Below the pieces are notes generated by a model that had not been told where the DNA came from, did no database searches, and worked only from the letters and a program-made list of their open reading frames with translations. A DNA stretch of 24,000 nt. Origin: an uncultured Actinomycetota bacterium (GTDB taxonomy: Bacteria > Actinomycetota > Actinomycetes > Mycobacteriales > Nakamurellaceae). Positions 1 to 7,329 of this stretch are shown here, piece after piece. A program made the translations under genes and the position numbers. How positions within the stretch are numbered: the first letter of the stretch is position 1; every line of letters starts with the position of its first letter. The stretch is taken from the NCBI GenBank assembly GCA_963708935.1, contig CAVPUK010000005.1:685973-709972 (forward strand), read 5' to 3'.

Positions 1-494
1 CGCATCTCGGGAAACGGGCCGGCCAGTGCGCTGACCATGGCCGGCCCGCCGATCGTCTCGGCCGGGAACAGTTTGACGGTGTCCACACCCAGGCGCATCG
101 CTGCCTGCACCTCGCTGGCGGTCGCCACCCCAGGAAACACTGGCATGCCGAGCTCATGACAACACCGCACGATCTCAGGATCCAATCCGGGGGACACGAC
201 GAACCTTGCGCCGCAACGGTGAACGATGTCCACCTGCTCCGGGCTGGTGACTGTACCTGCTCCGACGAGCATCTCAGGATTGGCCGCCATGTTCGTCAAC
301 GCGGTCAGCGCTTGTCGGGTACGCAGGGTGACCTCCGCGACCGGCAGACCGCTGGTCACCAGTACTTCGGCCAGGCCGCCCGCCCGGTCAGGATTCTCGA
401 TCACCACGATCGGCATCAGCCGATGCGCGAGGACCTGCGCGAGCCCGATGGAGTTCTGCAGGCTTCGCGACGAAGGCTGGTGATCGGCCGTCAT
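1..494 (-). CDS. eda: KDPG / 4-hydroxy-2-oxoglutarate aldolase (Eda family), 3' end cut by window edge
   Basis: Not in the ORF track because it runs off the window. My translation of the minus strand from ATG 494..492 gives MTADHQPSSRSLQNSIGLAQVLAHRLMPIVVIENPDRAGGLAEVLVTSGLPVAEVTLRT...MLVGAGTVTSPEQVDIVHRCGARFVVSPGLDPEIV...MPVFPGVATASEVQAAMRLGVDTVKLFPAE. This shows the class-I KDPG-aldolase pattern (GAGTV, F.VSPG, PGV.T.SE, K.FPA). Its ATG overlaps the stop of the upstream SDR gene (ATGA at 491-494). Confidence 0.85.
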   Translation of the reverse strand, partial: MTADHQPSSRSLQNSIGLAQVLAHRLMPIVVIENPDRAGGLAEVLVTSGLPVAEVTLRTRQALTALTNMAANPEMLVGAGTVTSPEQVDIVHRCGARFVVSPGLDPEIVRCCHELGMPVFPGVATASEVQAAMRLGVDTVKLFPAETIGGPAMVSALAGPFPEM

Positions 495-1273
495 CGTCCT
501 AACCACCCACCATCGACCGGGATCAACGCGCCGTGCACGTAGTCCGAGGCGGCCGAGGCCAAGAAGACGGAGACCCCGGCGAAATCCTGTGGCGCACCCC
601 AGCGTCCGGCCGGTATCCGCTCCAGGATCGCTTTGCTGCGGCTCGGATCGTCCTGCAGCGCCTGGGTGTTGTCGGTGGCGATGTACCCGGGGACGATAGC
701 GTTGACGTTGACGCCACGGGCGGCCCATTCATTGGAAAGTGCCTTGGTGAGACCGGCGATGCCCGACTTCGCCGCGGTGTACCCGGGCACGTTGATCCCA
801 CCCTGGAAGCTCAGCAACGACGCGGTGAAGATGATCTTGCCGTGCCCCCGACCCAGCATGGCCCGGCCGATCTCCCGGCTCAGGACGAACTGGCTGGACA
901 GGTCCACAGCGATCACCCGATCCCACTCGGCGTCGGGGTGATCGGCAGCCGGTGCGCGGGCGATCGTGCCGGCGTTGTTGACCAGGATGTCGACCGGTGT
1001 GTCGGTGAGGCTGTCGGCGAATTCCTGGACGGCGCCCCGGTTGGCGAAATCGACTTGGTAGCCGGTGAATTTTCGACCCGTGGCCCGGACCCGATCCCCG
1101 ACCTCGCCGCCGGACGACTCCAGACCGGCGCTGACCGCGATGATGTCGGCACCGGCATGAGCCAGGGCAGTGGCGATCGCCAGACCGATACCGCGGCGGG
1201 CACCGGTGACAACCGCTGTCCTGCCGTGCAGGTCGAACAATTGGTGCGGATCGAAAACAGTACTGCTGGGCAC
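491..1273 (-). CDS. kduD: Short-chain dehydrogenase/reductase, KduD-like (2-dehydro-3-deoxy-D-gluconate 5-dehydrogenase family)
   Basis: 260-aa ORF with a GTG start at 1273..1271 preceded by GAGGA. It has the TGxxxGIG cofactor motif (VVTGARRGIGLAI), NNAG, and a YxxxK catalytic pair (YTAAKSG). The C-terminal half (SLLSFQGGINVPGYTAAKSGIAGLTKALSNEWAARGVNVNAIVPGYIATDNT...ILERIPAGRWG...VFLASAASDYVHG..IPVDGGWLGR) closely parallels E. coli KduD as I remember it. Confidence 0.8.
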   Translation of the reverse strand: MPSSTVFDPHQLFDLHGRTAVVTGARRGIGLAIATALAHAGADIIAVSAGLESSGGEVGDRVRATGRKFTGYQVDFANRGAVQEFADSLTDTPVDILVNNAGTIARAPAADHPDAEWDRVIAVDLSSQFVLSREIGRAMLGRGHGKIIFTASLLSFQGGINVPGYTAAKSGIAGLTKALSNEWAARGVNVNAIVPGYIATDNTQALQDDPSRSKAILERIPAGRWGAPQDFAGVSVFLASAASDYVHGALIPVDGGWLGR

Positions 1274-1297
1274 GTGTCCGTCCTCGGATGTGTTTGA

Positions 1298-2317
1298 TCA
1301 GGAGCAGTCGATGAGGATTTTCATCTGACCGGTAGCGCTCTCCAGCGCCTGGAAGGCCGCCGCCGCGGATTGCAGCGGTTCGATCCGAGTGATGAATTTC
1401 TGCACCGGCACCGTACCGGCCGCTATCAATTCCACCGCCCGCTCGAAGTCGGAACGATCGTAGAGCCGGGCACCAATGAGAGTCAGTTCGCGCCAGAAGA
1501 ACCGGTGCAGGTTCACCGCCCGGGGTCGGGGGTGGATCGCCACCAGGCAGAGCCGTCCACGCACGCCGAGCGCATCGATCGCGGTGGCCACGCCGGCTTC
1601 CGCACCGGACACCTCGAACGCCACCGGTACGCCGGCGCCATCGGTCCAGGTCTGTACGTGTTCGGTTACGTCCTGCTGGGTCGGGTCAATGGTCGACAAG
1701 CCCAGATTCCGGGCGAAAGCACGCCGGAACGGATCCAGTTCGGCGACCAGCACGTCGGCCGCGGCGTCGCGGGCGACCAGCGCTATCAACGTCCCGACCG
1801 GACCACCACCAACGACGAGCACCTTCTCCCCCGGCTGGATCGAGGCCCGTCGAACATCATGCACGGCAACGGCAGTGGGCTCGATCAGCGCGGCATCAGC
1901 AAGCGAGACCTGCGGCGGGACCGCAATGAGGGTGTGGGCCGGAACCACCCACGACTGCTGCATCGACCCCGGAGCATCGATCCCGATGAACGATAGGTTC
2001 TGGCAGATGTGATTGTGCCCGGCCCGGCAGGCGGCACACCGGCCGCACCAGACCAACGGCATCACCGAAACTGCGTCACCCACAGCCCATCCGAACACCC
2101 CGGCGCCAAGAGCTTCGATCGTTCCCGACATCTCATGTCCGATCACCCCCGGCGGATCGACCCTCGCATCCATGTCCCCATGGAAGACGTGCAGATCGGT
2201 GCCGCACACGCCGGTGAACGCCACATCGATGCGGACCTCACCCGCACCGGGCTCGGTCCGCTCCGCGGATTCGATCGCGACCATGCGGGCACCCTGGTAG
2301 ACAGCTTTCAACATCAC
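1298..2317 (-). CDS. Zn-dependent medium-chain alcohol/polyol dehydrogenase (sorbitol/threonine/idonate dehydrogenase-like)
   Basis: 339-aa ORF. Catalytic Zn motif GHEMSGTIEALG with upstream C (GVCGTDLH). Structural-Zn cysteine cluster CGRCAACRAGHNHIC. Rossmann motif VLVVGGGPVG. RBS GGAAAGG lies 4-5 nt upstream of the ATG at 2317. Confidence 0.85.
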   Translation of the reverse strand: MMLKAVYQGARMVAIESAERTEPGAGEVRIDVAFTGVCGTDLHVFHGDMDARVDPPGVIGHEMSGTIEALGAGVFGWAVGDAVSVMPLVWCGRCAACRAGHNHICQNLSFIGIDAPGSMQQSWVVPAHTLIAVPPQVSLADAALIEPTAVAVHDVRRASIQPGEKVLVVGGGPVGTLIALVARDAAADVLVAELDPFRRAFARNLGLSTIDPTQQDVTEHVQTWTDGAGVPVAFEVSGAEAGVATAIDALGVRGRLCLVAIHPRPRAVNLHRFFWRELTLIGARLYDRSDFERAVELIAAGTVPVQKFITRIEPLQSAAAAFQALESATGQMKILIDCS

Positions 2318-2361
2318 GTGCCTTTCCCTGCCGGAGACAGGTATGTCGGATAGTTAAGCGG

Positions 2362-2395
2362 GGTGGGGCTCCCGGCAGTCAGTCGCAGCCCCACC
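2362..2395. promoter_or_regulatory. GC-rich hairpin (9-bp perfect stem, 16-nt loop) in the long ADH-operon leader/intergenic region
   Basis: GGTGGGGCT (2362-2370) is the exact reverse complement of AGCCCCACC (2387-2395). It lies between the putative promoter (~2500) and the ADH start (2317). No U-tract follows on either strand. Confidence 0.35.
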
Positions 2396-2453
2396 GAGGC
2401 GGTTCGGCTGGCCGGTGCGAACCTGAGCTGCTGCGTCACCGACCACGAATCAG

Positions 2454-2472
2454 ATTGATCTGAATGATCAAT
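2454..2472. promoter_or_regulatory. Perfect 7-bp inverted repeat ATTGATC-N5-GATCAAT, candidate GntR/FadR operator at the ADH-kduD-eda promoter
   Basis: ATTGATC (2454-2460), tgaat, GATCAAT (2466-2472). It sits in the most AT-rich stretch of the window, about 28-46 nt downstream (minus-strand sense) of a consensus -35 TTGACA (2505..2500 on the minus strand). That places it over the expected -10/+1 region. Confidence 0.4.
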
Positions 2473-2641
2473 GACATTTATTTCAACAACGGAACTGGTT
2501 GTCAAGAGCAAGTTTCGCCGAGATGACACGCAGATAGCGCGTTGATCTAGATGGTCGAGAGCCCGCAGTAGCAGTCGGACCAGTACTTAGCTGTGGACAT
2601 CACAGCAGGTAAGAGTGGGCAGCATGCCCTCAAGAAATCGC

Positions 2642-3442
2642 TCAGTCCGGACGGCCACTGGCGTCAGCGAGGCGTGATCCGCGCTCGGATGACTGGAAGG
2701 CGTTACGGGCCTCGCCCGGGGGTGTGTTCGTGGCGAGCCGGGATTCGATGGCGTTTCGGTAGTCGTGAAGCGACCGTTGCACGTGTTCGCCCGCGCGATC
2801 GGCGGCCAACTGATCCTCGCCGTTGCGGACGGCCTCGAGGATCAGGCCATGTTCCTTCACGCCACGCCCGGCGTTCGCGATGTTGCGCCCGAGCTCCAAG
2901 AAGCTCACCTGGCCCTGCAACGCGCGGATGTGCGAGACCGCGTCGATGAGGAAGAAGTTGTGACTCGCCTCGGCGAGGGCGCTGTGGAAAGCATCGTCCG
3001 ACCGTGTGAATCGGTCCAGATCGGCTTCTATTACGGCGATCTCGCCGTCGCGCACGGCAGCATCCATGGTCTTGACGTCGGGCGGAGTGGCCCGCCGCGC
3101 GGCCAACCGGGCCGTCTCGCATTCCTGAATTGCGCGGAACTCGAACAAACTCGAGATGTGCGCCAGGTCGGTCGGACGGAAGGACACCGGTCGTTGACCG
3201 GTGAGCAGGCTACGGTCGTCGCCGACGAAGATGCCGCGGCCACGTTCGGCTCGGACCCGTCCGATAGCCGACAACATCTTGATTGCTTCCCGTACCGCAC
3301 GCTGGCTGGTACCAAGATGCTGCGCCAGCTCCAGTTCCGTCGGCAGCCGATCGCCCGGATGTAAACCACGCTCCGCGATGAGGTCGATGAGCTGATCAAC
3401 CGCCCGCCGGTAGGCGGGTCGGTACTCATCTTCGACCGCCAT
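2642..3442 (-). CDS. GntR-family transcriptional regulator, FadR subfamily (wHTH + FCD-type C-terminal domain)
   Basis: The ORF 2642..3487 contains the GntR wHTH LPTELELAQHLGTSQRAVREAIKMLSAIGRVRAERGRGIFV, followed by an all-helical FCD-like domain (LFEFRAIQECETARLAA...). The preferred start is ATG 3442 (MAVEDEYRPAY...), which has a strong RBS AAGGAGAAGG 3 nt upstream. The ATG at 3487 has none. Confidence 0.85.
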   Translation of the reverse strand: MAVEDEYRPAYRRAVDQLIDLIAERGLHPGDRLPTELELAQHLGTSQRAVREAIKMLSAIGRVRAERGRGIFVGDDRSLLTGQRPVSFRPTDLAHISSLFEFRAIQECETARLAARRATPPDVKTMDAAVRDGEIAVIEADLDRFTRSDDAFHSALAEASHNFFLIDAVSHIRALQGQVSFLELGRNIANAGRGVKEHGLILEAVRNGEDQLAADRAGEHVQRSLHDYRNAIESRLATNTPPGEARNAFQSSERGSRLADASGRPD

Positions 3443-3606
3443 CGCCTTCTCCTTCGCAGTCGGTCCGCCTCCATGACTGACAACCATCAGCGCCTAAACC
3501 ATACCCGGTGGACAGTGCTGCTCACCCCTCCTCCGCGCGGGCGCCCCGGCGATCGAGTTGGCATCGTGCATCGGGTTACGACTTGGCTACCTCAAAAAAT
3601 CTGCTC

Positions 3607-3643
3607 TTGACAAACGGCCGCTGGGGGATGAATGTCACTCATC
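3607..3643 (+). promoter_or_regulatory. Candidate promoter (-35 TTGACA) and inverted repeat GATGA-N7-TCATC upstream of the ABC importer operon
   Basis: TTGACA at 3607-3612. GATGA (3627-3631) and TCATC (3639-3643) form an inverted repeat about 15 nt downstream. The element shares the hexamer TGAATG (3629-3634) with the 2454-2472 palindrome (2461-2466). Confidence 0.3.
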
Positions 3644-3940
3644 GAGCGCGGCGAACGCCAGATCCCGTGTTCTGCGCCGAGGCTGTTGAGAAGGAGTTGA
3701 CGGGCGTGAAGTCGTAGACCTGCGCGATCGCCGGCACCGGTCTGTACGACCTGTGTGCACCGCCACCGCACTGCACGTCGGCGCCAGGCTGCACCGGAAT
3801 GGCAGTAACCACTCAGATACACCAAGTCCGAACCGCATTCTGGGCGACCAAGACCGAAACATTGACCACGCGCACGTAAGCATCGCCGCTCACGGCTGGC
3901 TCGGTGCTTCATGATGCTCGACAAACCAGAAGGAAGAGCC

Positions 3941-5422
3941 ATGCAATCCTCGCGTTCCCCGCGTCACCGCTTGCTCAGGTTGGCCGCTCCTGCGGTGGCC
4001 TGTGGCCTGCTCGTCGCATCCCTCGCTTCTTGCAGTAGCAGCAGTAGCAGCAGTCCCGGCACCACCACCAGCAGTGCGGCAGCTGGTGCGACAACCGTTG
4101 CCGCAGCAGGTGGCAGCAGCACCGCGGGTAGCCCTGCGGCCGCCAGCAGCGCTGCTGGCAGTAGCGGCGCAGGCGGCGGTTATGGGTTCCCGACGGCTGC
4201 TCAGTCGGCGTCGGCGCCCATCACCGTGTGGGTGGACTCCGACCGAGTGGCTGCGGCCGATGCCTTCAAAAAGGCCAACCCAGGGACGCCGATCAATGTG
4301 GTCACCTACGACGGATCGGCGAACGGGTCGAATTCGTTCAAGACCAAGATCGGACTGATCGACCGCGCCGGGCAGGGATGGCCCGATGTGGTGTTCTCCT
4401 CGCAGAACAACGACGCCGCTTGGGCGAGTCAGTCCACCAATGGCAAACAGGCCTTTGCGGCACCGCTGGACCAGGGCCTGGTGCCGCGGAGCACCCTGTC
4501 GAACTTCACCAAGGGGTCGCTGGACCCCTGCACCATCAGCGGCCACGTCTACTGCCTGCGTAACGACCTGGCGCAGAACGTGTTGTGGTTCGACCAGTCG
4601 TTGATGACCCAGTTCGGCTACACCGTCCCGAAGACGTGGGAGGACTACCAGACACTGAGCGCTAAGGTCGCCACCGAACACCCGGGGTTTGTCACCGGAT
4701 CGGTCGGGGACGCCTGGACGCCGGAGGTGTTCATGTGGGCTAGCCAGTGCGGCGCCAACCAGGTCACCGGGCCCAAGTCGATCACGGTCGACGCCACCGG
4801 ACCGAACTGCCAGCGCGCCGCGAAACTGATCGACGCGGGTGTCGCCAACAAGTCGCTGTCAACGTTGAGCGTGCTGTCAACCGACTTCGCCAAGAAGTAC
4901 GCCGGCAAGGTGCTGATGCTGCCTGGCCCGGCGTGGTATGCCGGGGCGGTGTTCAACAACCCGGCTGCGCTCAAACTGCCGGCCGGTCATCTCGGCGTTG
5001 CCGCCCCCCCGAGCTGGGGAGGCGCTCCGGCAGTCACCGGTGACGTCGGCGGCGGCACCTGGTTCATCTCCAGCCACTCGACCAACCTGGCCGCGGCGGA
5101 GAAGTTCACGCAGTTCGTGACCACCGCGGACGACTACCAGGTAGATCTCGCACCGGGCTACCCGGCGTACGCGCCGGCCGGTGCCAAGTGGATCGCCAAG
5201 CAGGAGGCCAGCAAGTACTTCGCCACGAGCTTGCAGCCGATGATCGCGGCCGGCGGCCAGATCTGGCCCGGCTGGGGCTCTCCCGAGTTCAGTCAGGAAG
5301 CCATCTGGGCAAAGACCATGACCCCGATTGTCAATTCCGGCAAGTCGGTAAACGACAATTTGCCGACCTGGGAGACCGCGATCAAGAACCAGGCGCAGGT
5401 GACGGGCTACACAGTTCAATGA
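3941..5422 (+). CDS. ABC transporter extracellular solute-binding lipoprotein (carbohydrate type, family 1)
   Basis: The ORF 3911..5422 has its likely start at ATG 3941 (RBS GGAAGGAAGAG just upstream). The signal peptide ends in the lipobox LASC (Cys codon 4031-4033). A Ser/Ala/Gly/Thr linker follows, then a roughly 400-aa SBP-like body (ITVWVDSDR..., W-rich, PGWGSPEF...). The stop overlaps the next start (ATGA 5419-5422). Confidence 0.8.
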   Translation: MQSSRSPRHRLLRLAAPAVACGLLVASLASCSSSSSSSPGTTTSSAAAGATTVAAAGGSSTAGSPAAASSAAGSSGAGGGYGFPTAAQSASAPITVWVDSDRVAAADAFKKANPGTPINVVTYDGSANGSNSFKTKIGLIDRAGQGWPDVVFSSQNNDAAWASQSTNGKQAFAAPLDQGLVPRSTLSNFTKGSLDPCTISGHVYCLRNDLAQNVLWFDQSLMTQFGYTVPKTWEDYQTLSAKVATEHPGFVTGSVGDAWTPEVFMWASQCGANQVTGPKSITVDATGPNCQRAAKLIDAGVANKSLSTLSVLSTDFAKKYAGKVLMLPGPAWYAGAVFNNPAALKLPAGHLGVAAPPSWGGAPAVTGDVGGGTWFISSHSTNLAAAEKFTQFVTTADDYQVDLAPGYPAYAPAGAKWIAKQEASKYFATSLQPMIAAGGQIWPGWGSPEFSQEAIWAKTMTPIVNSGKSVNDNLPTWETAIKNQAQVTGYTVQ

Positions 5423-6357
5423 CCTCTCCAACCGTTGTCCCGGACGACGTTCGGGTGGACCGGCGGCGCGCATCGGCGCGCCGCCGGCGGCGGCCCATCC
5501 GGACCTGGCCAGGGTTGCTGTTCGTCTCGCCCTACCTCGTGCTGACCCTGGCCTTCGGCATCGGCCCAGCCATCTACGCCATCAAGTTGGCATTGACCAA
5601 CGCCAACGGCGGGTGGGTCGGCTTGGCCAACGTGAACCGCGTCGTCAACGACTTCCGGTTCTTCCCGGCGGTCGAACACGTCGCCCAATACATCGCCATC
5701 TGGGTGATCTCGATGATGATCCTGGTGGTCGGGCTCGCTCTGGTGGTACACGGCATCCGCCGTCCCTGGCTCAGCGGATCATTTCGATTTCTCTATTACA
5801 TGCCAGGAGCGCTGGCCGGCGCATCGAGCGTGCTCTTGTGGCTGTTCATGCTGGATCCGGGATCCAGCCCCATTGCACCGTTGCTGCAATGGATGGGCTT
5901 CTCCAGCTTCACCGACACACTGGCACCCGGCAACCTGCCGGTGATCTTCACGATCATTTCGTTCTGGGCCGGCGCCGGCGGCTGGATCGTGGTGATGTAC
6001 GGCGCATTGAACAACATCTCCATCGACGTCATGGAGGCCGCTCGGATCGACGGGGCGAATGCAATTCAGACCGCCTTCCGCATTCAACTGCCCCTGTTGC
6101 GTAAGTGGATCGCGTACATGGCGGTTCTGTGTATCGCCGCAGGCACCCAGTTGTTCGTCGAGCCAACCCTGTTGTCGCAAGCCAGCAACGCCGTCGTGCC
6201 CAACGACTACTCGCTCAACCAACTCGCGTATCAGTACGCCTTTGATCTCAATGATCTCGGCGGCTCTGCCGCCATTTCCGTAATGCTGCTGTTGGTGGCC
6301 CTCATCGTCTCGGCGGTCTTCGTGGCTCGCGGTGGCCTGTTCGAAACAGAGGCATGA
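5419..6357 (+). CDS. ABC transporter permease (MalF/UgpA-like, carbohydrate)
   Basis: The true start is ATG 5419 (MTSPTVVPDD...RRRRRPIRTWPGLLFVSPYLVL), inside the longer track ORF 5188..6357. It has six hydrophobic segments and the EAA loop EAARIDGANAIQTAFRIQLPLL. Confidence 0.85.
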   Translation: MTSPTVVPDDVRVDRRRASARRRRRPIRTWPGLLFVSPYLVLTLAFGIGPAIYAIKLALTNANGGWVGLANVNRVVNDFRFFPAVEHVAQYIAIWVISMMILVVGLALVVHGIRRPWLSGSFRFLYYMPGALAGASSVLLWLFMLDPGSSPIAPLLQWMGFSSFTDTLAPGNLPVIFTIISFWAGAGGWIVVMYGALNNISIDVMEAARIDGANAIQTAFRIQLPLLRKWIAYMAVLCIAAGTQLFVEPTLLSQASNAVVPNDYSLNQLAYQYAFDLNDLGGSAAISVMLLLVALIVSAVFVARGGLFETEA

Positions 6358-7271
6358 TGACAAGCGTCGCGGAACGCCCGCACAAGAGCACCCCTGGGCC
6401 AGTTCGCCGGCTGGAGCGGCCGAACGATCGCGGGACTGTCTGCTCGCGGTGTTCACCGTGTTCTTCATCATTCCGATCATCTGGCTGCTTATCACCGTCA
6501 CCAAGTCGGGTGAGCAGTTGACTCACCTCGGCGCCTTCACACCCGGTTCGGTCTCCAGCTTCCGACGGAAACTGGGATGAACTTTTCAGCTTCCAGGACG
6601 GCGCGGTCGTGCGCTGGTTCTTCAACTCGGTTTACTATTCCATCGCCGCCCTGGTGATCACGTTGGGGGTATCGATACCGGCCGGATATGCCTTGGCCAT
6701 GATGGAGTTCCGAGGTCGACGCACGCTTCTGGTCGCCACATTGGTGGTCATGCTGATGCCCAATACGGCTTTGGTCATTCCCGTCTTCCTGGAAATGAAC
6801 ACACTCGGACTGGTGGGCACACCGCTCTCGGTCATCCTGCCGTTCTCGTTCTATCCCTTTGGGGTCTATCTGACCTTTATCTATTTTTCCACCAGCATCC
6901 CGTCCAGCCTGCTGGCGGCGGCACGTCTGGACGGCTGCAACGAATGGCAGGTCTTCACCAGGATCGCGCTGCCGTTGGCCACCCCGATCATCGGCTTGGT
7001 CGGCTTCTTCTCGTTCGTGCAGAACTGGAATAACTACTTCCTGCCGTTTGTGATGCTTCCGCTGAGCGATCGATACCCGATCCAGGTCGGATTATCGAGC
7101 CTGCTGTCCTCCACGCCGGCGTTCAACCCGAGCTCAGTCGGATCCGGCTCGGTGAGTCTGCCCACCCTGGCATTAGCGACCATCATCTCGGTTCTACCGG
7201 TACTCATCGTATTTCTGTTCTCCCAGCGCTTCCTGGTCACCGGTATGACGGCCGGTGGTAATAAGGAATGA
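6354..7271 (+). pseudogene. ABC transporter permease (MalG/UgpE-like) with disrupted reading frame
   Basis: The conserved protein is split over frames. TM1 (LLAVFTVFFIIPIIWLLITVTKSGEQLTHLGAFTPGSVSSF) is in the frame of ORF 6332..6580, which stops at 6578-6580. The rest (..DGNWDELFSFQDGAVVRWFFNSVYYS...EAA loop AARLDGCNEWQVFTRIALP...) is in the frame of ORF 6609..7271, which is open from 6522. Removing one nt near 6561-6564 (agcttCcgacgg) gives a continuous SSFDGNWDELF. An ATG at 6354 forms an ATGA overlap with the upstream stop and is in the same frame as the C-terminal part. This suggests a second frame change near 6430-6436. Confidence 0.75.
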
Positions 7272-7329
7272 GCTTCGATAGCACAGGATTGACCATTGAC
7301 ACTGGTAGCGAAACAATTTCGGGGAGACC

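Noticed and set aside
533-1297. Long ORFs antisense to recognisable genes. Examples are 533..1297(+), 1370..1996(+), 3890..4681(-), 5779..6504(-), 7918..8607(-), 13405..13992(-), 14511..15038(-), 18754..19473(-), 19720..20805(-), 20690..21598(-), and the N-terminal two-thirds of 10307..11527(-).
   Set aside because: These are shadow ORFs, as expected in high-GC DNA. Their translations are Arg/Pro/Gly-rich low complexity with no family resemblance. In each case the opposite strand (or another frame) encodes a clearly recognisable protein.
2362-2395. The hairpin as the intrinsic terminator of the GntR/FadR regulator gene.
   Set aside because: It lies about 250 nt downstream of that gene's stop, beyond the putative ADH-operon promoter, and has no U-tract. 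A terminator role is not excluded for an actinobacterium, but it is not supported. It is reported as a leader or unknown hairpin instead.
4034-4200. AGC/AGT serine-codon run and an Ala/Gly/Ser-rich repetitive stretch, considered as a microsatellite or tandem repeat.
   Set aside because: It lies directly after the lipobox Cys of the solute-binding protein. It is the usual low-complexity linker of actinobacterial lipoproteins, is in frame, and is not a regular tandem unit.
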